A stretch of DNA of 54,639 nucleotides. It comes from Nanobdellota archaeon (GTDB taxonomy: Archaea > Nanobdellota > Nanobdellia > Woesearchaeales > DATGWN01). The DNA is taken from positions 1 to 54,639 of the forward strand of contig JBNJGI010000004.1 of the NCBI GenBank assembly GCA_051819685.1. Reading direction: 5' to 3'. How positions within the stretch are numbered: position 1 is the first letter of the stretch; every line of letters begins with the position of its first letter. Of the stretch, positions 48,510 through 54,639 are shown piece after piece. The translations under genes and the position numbers were made by a program. The notes below the pieces were generated by a model that was not told the origin of the DNA, searched no databases, and saw nothing but the letters and a program-made list of their open reading frames with translations.

Positions 48510-49706
48510 TTATTGAATGGAGGTGTCGAATATTATTATATTATGACCTTTTTCTTGCGCTTCAATCCTGCTTGATTTAAATGCTTCGGCTTCTAGGTTG
48601 TCTTTTATTTTTTTGTCATTGTAATCCCTTTTTTTCAATCTTTCCGATAATATTTTTTGGCTACATTCTGATATAATGCAGTAATCAACTAGTTCAGGGG
48701 ATGTGAGATGGGATAAGTGTGAATCCAATACATTACCTTTTTTATTTAACCTTTCATTACATTTCTTAGAGAACTTTTTCTCATCAATAATATAACATTC
48801 GTCTTTCTCATCATATTCATCAGCAATTTCTTTAGAAATCTCTTTTCCGTCTATATATTCAAGATTATTTTCTTTTGAAAAGTGTTTTGCCAATGTTGTC
48901 TTACCGGTTCCAGGGGTGCCTGTAAAGATATAATTTTTTTCTAAGGTTTTTGCTTCTTCTTCGTTTATTATTTTAAGGACATCTTCAAATTTGTTTATTT
49001 TATAAGAAGGGTTTATGTTTTCTTTTTCTTTTGTTTCCGGATTTATTGTGAGACAGGATATAATATTTGCATCATTGGATGTTTGTATATCTTTTTCAGC
49101 ACTGTTACCTATGTAGATAGTTTCAAAAGGAAATATGTTTTTTTTGTTGAGAGCCAGATTTACATTTTTGAAGACTTCAGGATTAGGTTTAGAATAACCC
49201 ATTTTGTAAGAAAAAAAATTGAGTTCTTCCGTAAAGATTTCATTTATATCATTTATTTCAAGCAATCTTTTAAGGTCTTTGGAGGTATAGAATTGAGCGT
49301 TTGAAACTATACCTATATAATACCCTTCTTTTTTCAATAACTTAAGCGTTTCTTTTACACCTTTATATAATGATCTTTCTGAACATTTGTCATAAAAATC
49401 ATAGGCGAATTGCTTGAAAGATTTAACAGACGATATTCCATTTTTTCTGAATACTTTCTCCCATATCTTTTCTATCTGAACTTCAGGATATTCGATTCCT
49501 TGTTTTTCTTTTTCTTTATGGTCTGATTTTATTTCGTCAAAATAAGATTTCATTATTGTTTCGCTTTCAAAATTAACTTGATATTTTTCTTTTAATTTAT
49601 TTAGGGATTTTATTATGTTGTTTTGTTTGCAAAGACTGTCATCAAGATCTCCAGCATCAGATTTTATAATTGTTCCATATATATCGAATAATATAGCTTT
49701 TATCAT
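48510..49706 (-). CDS. Fusion of a HAD-family hydrolase and an AK6/Fap7-like nucleotide kinase
   Basis: ILFDIYGT, VSNAQ, SKP, IGNSAEKD; then GTPGTGKTT, DSHLSH, RLKKRDY..KI..N.EAE. Confidence 0.85.
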   Translation of the reverse strand: MIKAILFDIYGTIIKSDAGDLDDSLCKQNNIIKSLNKLKEKYQVNFESETIMKSYFDEIKSDHKEKEKQGIEYPEVQIEKIWEKVFRKNGISSVKSFKQFAYDFYDKCSERSLYKGVKETLKLLKKEGYYIGIVSNAQFYTSKDLKRLLEINDINEIFTEELNFFSYKMGYSKPNPEVFKNVNLALNKKNIFPFETIYIGNSAEKDIQTSNDANIISCLTINPETKEKENINPSYKINKFEDVLKIINEEEAKTLEKNYIFTGTPGTGKTTLAKHFSKENNLEYIDGKEISKEIADEYDEKDECYIIDEKKFSKKCNERLNKKGNVLDSHLSHLTSPELVDYCIISECSQKILSERLKKRDYNDKKIKDNLEAEAFKSSRIEAQEKGHNIIIFDTSIQ

Positions 49707-51208
49707 TTTTTATTTTTCCCGAATGCTTCTATTATTTTTTTATGATTAATTTCCCATGCTAAAGATTTTTCTTTAAGTCCTTTTTCTGCCATTTTAAGAA
49801 TAATCCCAGAACATTTTTCAAGGGAATAATTTTTTATAACTTTATTTTTGTTGTTATTTATTATTTTTTTATCAGGATTTTTTATGAAATCTAAAAAATC
49901 TTTTAGTTGATTATTTTTTTGTAAGAATTTTTCATAATTATTTTCTTTATTTTTTAAAAATTTGAGATGATTTATCTGTTCTTTGAAATCAATGTCTTTG
50001 AAGTCTTTATTACTTATATTGATTTTATTATAGCAATGATTAAGGTTGATTCCCATTTTTTCGAAATCATTAAATATATAATCTATCCTTCTTGCAACAA
50101 CTGGTATTTCTGAAACCCACCCTTCTATATAACTCATACCGAAACCTTCTTTAACTGAAGTAGTTATTATGCAGTTTGTTATAGAAAAGAGATCTCGAAG
50201 GTTGTAAAGGTGTTTTTTACTTCTTTCTGATGAGGGAGATATTATGCTGTATCCGAAACCTATTACTGCTGGCGTTTTGTTTTCTCTTATATAGTCTTTG
50301 ATGAGATTTGAATATTCCTTGTCTTCATCTGAATGAGCGTCAAGTGTTATTAAAAGTTGCCATTTATCTTCTTCTCTGTTAAGCAATTCTAATATTAATA
50401 TTGTTTCGATTATATTTTTTCTTTTTATTATTTTCAAGGGGGAAAGAAGTATTTTTCTTTTTTTTTCAAATATATAATCATTTTTTTCTGCATATTCCTT
50501 TATTTTAGATTTTAGTCCCTTATTGAAAGGTTTTTGGGTAAGATATTCACAATCGATACAATTAGGGAAATAAAATACTTCTTTTATTCCTGCTTTTTCG
50601 AGTATTTTCTTATCCCTTAGATTTATAGTGCAATATGTTATGTTTTTTCCTACTGGATATGCTATTTCTTTTGCAAAATCAGGATTGTATTTTCCGGTAC
50701 AATTATTCATCAGGTATTGTTGTCCAGGTCTTCCTTCTTCTGCAAAGTCATGTATTTGGAGTATTATGCTTATTTTTTTTGTTTTTATTTTTTCTTTTAA
50801 TCTTTTTTTAAGGAAATCATCATGACCTTGAAAAGCAAGTGATATTAATTTTATAGCTCTTCCAAGATATGTATTTTTTGTAAGATTTATGTTATGACAA
50901 TGCAATATTATGTTTTTATGTTTCTTTTTAATGAATATATTTATTAATTTTTCAGCGACTTTCTCAGCATATGCATCAAGTTCTTTTCTGGAATCAAATA
51001 TTTTTTCATTGTAGTCAATGTCAGGCAAATCATATATTTTTACACCTTTTTCTTCATATTTGCCTTTATTAGAAGAGTATATGAAGTTTAAATCGTAATC
51101 AAGGTGCCTTTTTATTGTCTTATGGATATTTTCTATTACAAACTTAACTCCTGAACTTTTTGCGTGATTAAATATAGTGAAATAAGCAGTTTCTTGGTAA
51201 TTTTCCAT
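49703..51208 (-). CDS. GT-B glycosyltransferase (GT4-like)
   Basis: SGV, HCHNINLTKN, QIHDFAEEGRP, IKRKNIIE, SVKEGFGMSYIE. Confidence 0.82.
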   Translation of the reverse strand: MENYQETAYFTIFNHAKSSGVKFVIENIHKTIKRHLDYDLNFIYSSNKGKYEEKGVKIYDLPDIDYNEKIFDSRKELDAYAEKVAEKLINIFIKKKHKNIILHCHNINLTKNTYLGRAIKLISLAFQGHDDFLKKRLKEKIKTKKISIILQIHDFAEEGRPGQQYLMNNCTGKYNPDFAKEIAYPVGKNITYCTINLRDKKILEKAGIKEVFYFPNCIDCEYLTQKPFNKGLKSKIKEYAEKNDYIFEKKRKILLSPLKIIKRKNIIETILILELLNREEDKWQLLITLDAHSDEDKEYSNLIKDYIRENKTPAVIGFGYSIISPSSERSKKHLYNLRDLFSITNCIITTSVKEGFGMSYIEGWVSEIPVVARRIDYIFNDFEKMGINLNHCYNKINISNKDFKDIDFKEQINHLKFLKNKENNYEKFLQKNNQLKDFLDFIKNPDKKIINNNKNKVIKNYSLEKCSGIILKMAEKGLKEKSLAWEINHKKIIEAFGKNKK

Positions 51209-51280
51209 GTTGTTTAAATAATAGAAGAATTTATAAATCTTTTTTATTATATTTTAGGAATCCTTGTTGGGGTGTTAATT

Positions 51281-52273
51281 ATGAATGTTGAAGAATGGTT
51301 TGAAAAAAATAAGTTTAAATGTGATAGTTTCAGAGATATAAATCGTCTTGTTAACCTTAAAAATGAACAGAACATCAAAATTTCTGTTGTAATACCTACT
51401 CTTAATGAAGGTGCTACTTTAGGTAATGTTATTAAACAAATAAAAGAACCGCTTATGGATGATAAAAAGCTTGTGGACGAGGTTATTGTAATAGATTCAG
51501 GTAGCACTGATGATACAAAGGAAGTTGCTGAAAGTGCTGGCGCTAAATTCGCTTATTCTAAAGATGTGCTGAAAAAACATGGTGAAATTAAAGGAAAAGG
51601 AGAGAACTTATGGAAATCGATTCATTATGCGAAAGGCGATATTGTTTGTTGGGTTGATGCCGATATTACTAATATCCATCCTCGTTTCGTATATGGTCTT
51701 ATAGGCCCTTTACTTACGCATAAAAGACTTGGTTTTACCAAAGCTTTCTATCAGAGACCTATAAAAATAGGAAATCAGTATAGACCTTTGGGTGGAGGAA
51801 GAGTTACTGAATTGTTGATAAGGCCTTTATTTAATACTTTCTTTCCAAGATTGAGTGGTTTTATACAACCTTTATCAGGAGAGTTTGCTATGAAAAGAGA
51901 AATTGCTGAAAAGATACCATTTTTTACAGGTTATGGAGTTGAAACAGCTTCTTTAATAGATATACAGAAAAAGTTCGGGTTAAGAACCTGTGCGCAAGTT
52001 GATTTGAAAAAAAGAATACATAGAAATCAAACAATTGATTCATTAAGCAAAATGGCTTTTGGTATTTTAGGTGTTTTTTCTAAAAGAGCAAATACATTAG
52101 GGAAGTTAATTCTTGTAAGAAGTCTTAAACATAAGTTAAGAATTATTGTCAAGGAAGAAGGAGATTATAAGATTAAGGAACTTAAAATAACTGATAAACA
52201 AAGACCTCCTATGATTACAATACCTGAATATAGAAGAAAATTCAGGAAAGATCCTGAGTGGGTTTATAGATGA
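51281..52273 (+). CDS. gpgS: Glucosyl-3-phosphoglycerate synthase (GT81)
   Basis: VIPTLNE, GKGENLWKS, DADI, GGRVTEL, QPLSGE, GYGVE; start moved to ATG at 51281. Confidence 0.88.
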   Translation: MNVEEWFEKNKFKCDSFRDINRLVNLKNEQNIKISVVIPTLNEGATLGNVIKQIKEPLMDDKKLVDEVIVIDSGSTDDTKEVAESAGAKFAYSKDVLKKHGEIKGKGENLWKSIHYAKGDIVCWVDADITNIHPRFVYGLIGPLLTHKRLGFTKAFYQRPIKIGNQYRPLGGGRVTELLIRPLFNTFFPRLSGFIQPLSGEFAMKREIAEKIPFFTGYGVETASLIDIQKKFGLRTCAQVDLKKRIHRNQTIDSLSKMAFGILGVFSKRANTLGKLILVRSLKHKLRIIVKEEGDYKIKELKITDKQRPPMITIPEYRRKFRKDPEWVYR

Positions 52274-52281
52274 ATTTTTAT

Positions 52282-53337
52282 TCAACAATATGAATCCAGT
52301 TCCATCTGTCTTGATTTAGGAAAATCAAGATTACTTACTTTAACGCCTAATAGGCGTACTTTTTTATCTATTTTTATTTTTTCAAGAAGTTGCAACGAAT
52401 GGTCTATTATATCTTTCTGCCTTGATGAGCGATAATTTAATGAGAAATCTCTTGTAATAGTAGAAAAATCTTCAAAACGCATTTTTATAGATATTGTCTT
52501 GAAAGTCCCTTTTTTTATATCTTCTACCACTTTATAAGATAGTTGAGATAAGTAGTTTCTACATGATTCCAGCTCTATGTCTTCTTTGAATGTGATTTCC
52601 CTGCTTGCAGACTTCCTTTTCCTTTCTTGATGATTAACTCCATCGTTATTATTACCTTTGGCTATTTCTTTTAGTTTAAGTATAGATTTTCCAAAATTTT
52701 CAATCAAAAAGAATGTATCAGATTCTGCAAGATCCCCTATTTTTTTAATACCATAGCTTATTAGTTTTCTGGAAGATTTTTTACCTATTCCAGGTATTTT
52801 GGATATCTTTAAAGGAGCAAGAAAAGATTTTACATCTCTGACTATCGTAGTTCCTGCTGGTTTTCTGTAATCTGAAGCTATTTTTGAGATATATCTTGAA
52901 CATGATATTCCTATCGAACAAGTAAGTCCTGTTTCTTTTAAGACTTCTTTTTTTATTTTTCTGGCTGCTTCCTGTAATGTAAGACATTCTTTTGAAAATT
53001 CAGTTATATCAAGATATGCTTCATCAATGGATACTTGTTCAAATGCTAAAGCAAAAATACTTAGTGCATTCATTGCTTTTTCAGACATATTTTTATAGTA
53101 TATTGAATCAGGTCTTTTGTATTTTGCAGAAGGACATAGTTGATGAGCTTTGCTTATTGGCATTGCACTGTGAACACCATATTTTCTTGCTTCATAATTA
53201 GCAGTGCTTACTACACCTCTGCAATCTTCAGGTAATGCTCCTATTATAAGTGGTTTTCCTTTGAGTGAAGGATCTTTTTTTTCTTCACATGCTGCAAAAA
53301 AGCAATCCATATCAACATGAGCAATGACTTTTTCCAT
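52282..53337 (-). CDS. dinB: Y-family DNA polymerase IV
   Basis: HVDMDCFFA, STANYEAR, SIDEAYLD, KIASDYRKP, VRLLGV. Confidence 0.95.
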   Translation of the reverse strand: MEKVIAHVDMDCFFAACEEKKDPSLKGKPLIIGALPEDCRGVVSTANYEARKYGVHSAMPISKAHQLCPSAKYKRPDSIYYKNMSEKAMNALSIFALAFEQVSIDEAYLDITEFSKECLTLQEAARKIKKEVLKETGLTCSIGISCSRYISKIASDYRKPAGTTIVRDVKSFLAPLKISKIPGIGKKSSRKLISYGIKKIGDLAESDTFFLIENFGKSILKLKEIAKGNNNDGVNHQERKRKSASREITFKEDIELESCRNYLSQLSYKVVEDIKKGTFKTISIKMRFEDFSTITRDFSLNYRSSRQKDIIDHSLQLLEKIKIDKKVRLLGVKVSNLDFPKSRQMELDSYC

Positions 53338-53565
53338 AATTTTCTATTGCTATTTTCTTTTTATAAATATATTTCCGGCGTTTGTCCAGTGGTCGTGTTT
53401 ATTATTTTTTATATAGTTTAATTATATTTAAGTGATAAGTCAGGATAAATGTTTCTGATATTCTTATTTGGTTCCTAATGATGAATCATTTTTTTAGAAA
53501 ATAAAAATGTTTAATGTGATTGATTTTAAAGTTAAATATATTTTGTTCGGAATAAATTGCAAAGC

Positions 53566-53910
53566 TCAGAATATTATTAATCCTATAAAAAAAGAAAAAA
53601 GGTTACAAACAAAGGATATAAATATTGATTTTTTAAAATTTAATTGTAAGATTTGGTTATAGATTAATGCTTCAAATAAAAAAATAAATATTTCTCCAAA
53701 ATAGATATAATAATTAGACAATATATAAGGAGATAAAACAAACCAAAGATAAGGTAGAGTTGAAGCAGAAGCAAAAAAACCAACAAAGATTATTTTTTTA
53801 ACAGAAATTTTTTTGTTTCTGTAAATAAATCTTATTATAAAAAATAGAACCGGAATTTCGATAATTAATGTTACTAGTAATGAAATTAAAAATTTTGTTT
53901 GATACAACAT
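53566..53910 (-). CDS. Hypothetical multi-TM membrane protein
   Basis: TLIIEIP...STLPYLW...E...EA...NLFSF pattern. Confidence 0.7.
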   Translation of the reverse strand: MLYQTKFLISLLVTLIIEIPVLFFIIRFIYRNKKISVKKIIFVGFFASASTLPYLWFVLSPYILSNYYIYFGEIFIFLFEALIYNQILQLNFKKSIFISFVCNLFSFFIGLIIF

Positions 53911-53912
53911 TT

Positions 53913-54491
53913 TTATTCACAGCTTCCATTAAATAATGTCTTAAAAAAACATCCTATTTTACTCCAAAATCCTCGAGTTTCAGGGGTTGGATCCGGAATA
54001 TCTTCCTTTTTCCATTCAGCATTGTCTAAATTGAATCTCAATTCACAGACTTTTTCTATAGGACGACCTTTTTCATTGGTTCTTGAATCATTGATTTCAT
54101 CTAACCAATTACACTTAGTAGGTATTTCTGAAATATTTGTTATAATAAAATTCTTTCCATCAGAAGTTTTTCCCTCTAATTTATAATAATCTATATGTAC
54201 ATAATTCCTATAATAATTTTCATAAATTTTATCTCCATAATTGTTGTAATTTGCTGAAAAAGAGTATACTACTTCAGGAGTATAAGTTCCTTGTTCTTTT
54301 TCAACAGGAGGTCCGATGGGATAGCTATATCCATAACCTTTAACAGTAAATTCTATATTTTCATTGTATGCTTGCCCATTTTTTTCAAAATAAACATTTG
54401 TTACAGTTGGAAAAATCGTATCTGCAATTGCTGTGGGAAAAACCAAAAGTGCAAACATCAACATTAAAATAAAGACTAGTTTTTGTTTCAT
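53913..54491 (-). CDS. Hypothetical secreted protein
   Basis: Signal peptide MKQKLVF...AIA, C-terminal FWSKIGCFFKTLF; start moved to ATG at 54491. Confidence 0.7.
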   Translation of the reverse strand: MKQKLVFILMLMFALLVFPTAIADTIFPTVTNVYFEKNGQAYNENIEFTVKGYGYSYPIGPPVEKEQGTYTPEVVYSFSANYNNYGDKIYENYYRNYVHIDYYKLEGKTSDGKNFIITNISEIPTKCNWLDEINDSRTNEKGRPIEKVCELRFNLDNAEWKKEDIPDPTPETRGFWSKIGCFFKTLFNGSCE

Positions 54492-54639
54492 ATTTATATG
54501 TATGATAAAATAGTTATTAATAAATTTTTCCTTTGATAGCCAGTAGATGACCAAATCCTATAAAATTTATTTGATTTTCATGTAACAAAGTCATTTTAAG
54601 TAGATTTTTAATTAATATTTATACTTATAATATATATTT

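Noticed and set aside
53375-53400. Short GC-rich intergenic patch upstream of dinB
   Set aside because: No repeat partner, convincing hairpin or ORF found
401-54186. Numerous 60-180 aa ORFs antisense to or overlapping recognised genes (e.g. 7869-8318, 8799-9335, 11853-12278, 41620-42057)
   Set aside because: Shadow frames of well-supported genes, with no motifs of their own

Overview
AT-rich archaeal chromosomal window. TBP, GatE, SRP54, Cbf5, a class I CCA-adding enzyme, archaellins, TrmB and an intron-containing tRNA establish an archaeon. The gene content (RRM protein, tandem Lrp regulators, many orphan membrane proteins) suggests a DPANN/Woesearchaeota-like lineage, which is an inference. 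The window holds about 55 CDS and three tRNAs (Val-TAC with a BHB intron, Arg-TCT, Gln-CTG). Best candidate for a new system: a ~2.5-kb cassette bounded by a 25-bp direct repeat, containing a tandem Lrp regulator divergent from an unannotated 28-aa peptide ORF and a TRAM-less MiaB/RimO-like radical SAM enzyme (possible RiPP system). Other highlights: two families of dispersed, hairpin-rich non-coding repeats; a duplicated tRNA-Gln 3' end carrying a hairpin insert; bacterial-type full-length Rel (RelA/SpoT) and Lgt; a glucosylglycerate-type cluster with a HAD-AK6 fusion; a stress/dormancy gene run with a homopolymer-frameshifted CBS-HPF protein; and scattered archaellum genes. All calls come from reading motifs by eye; no searches were run.
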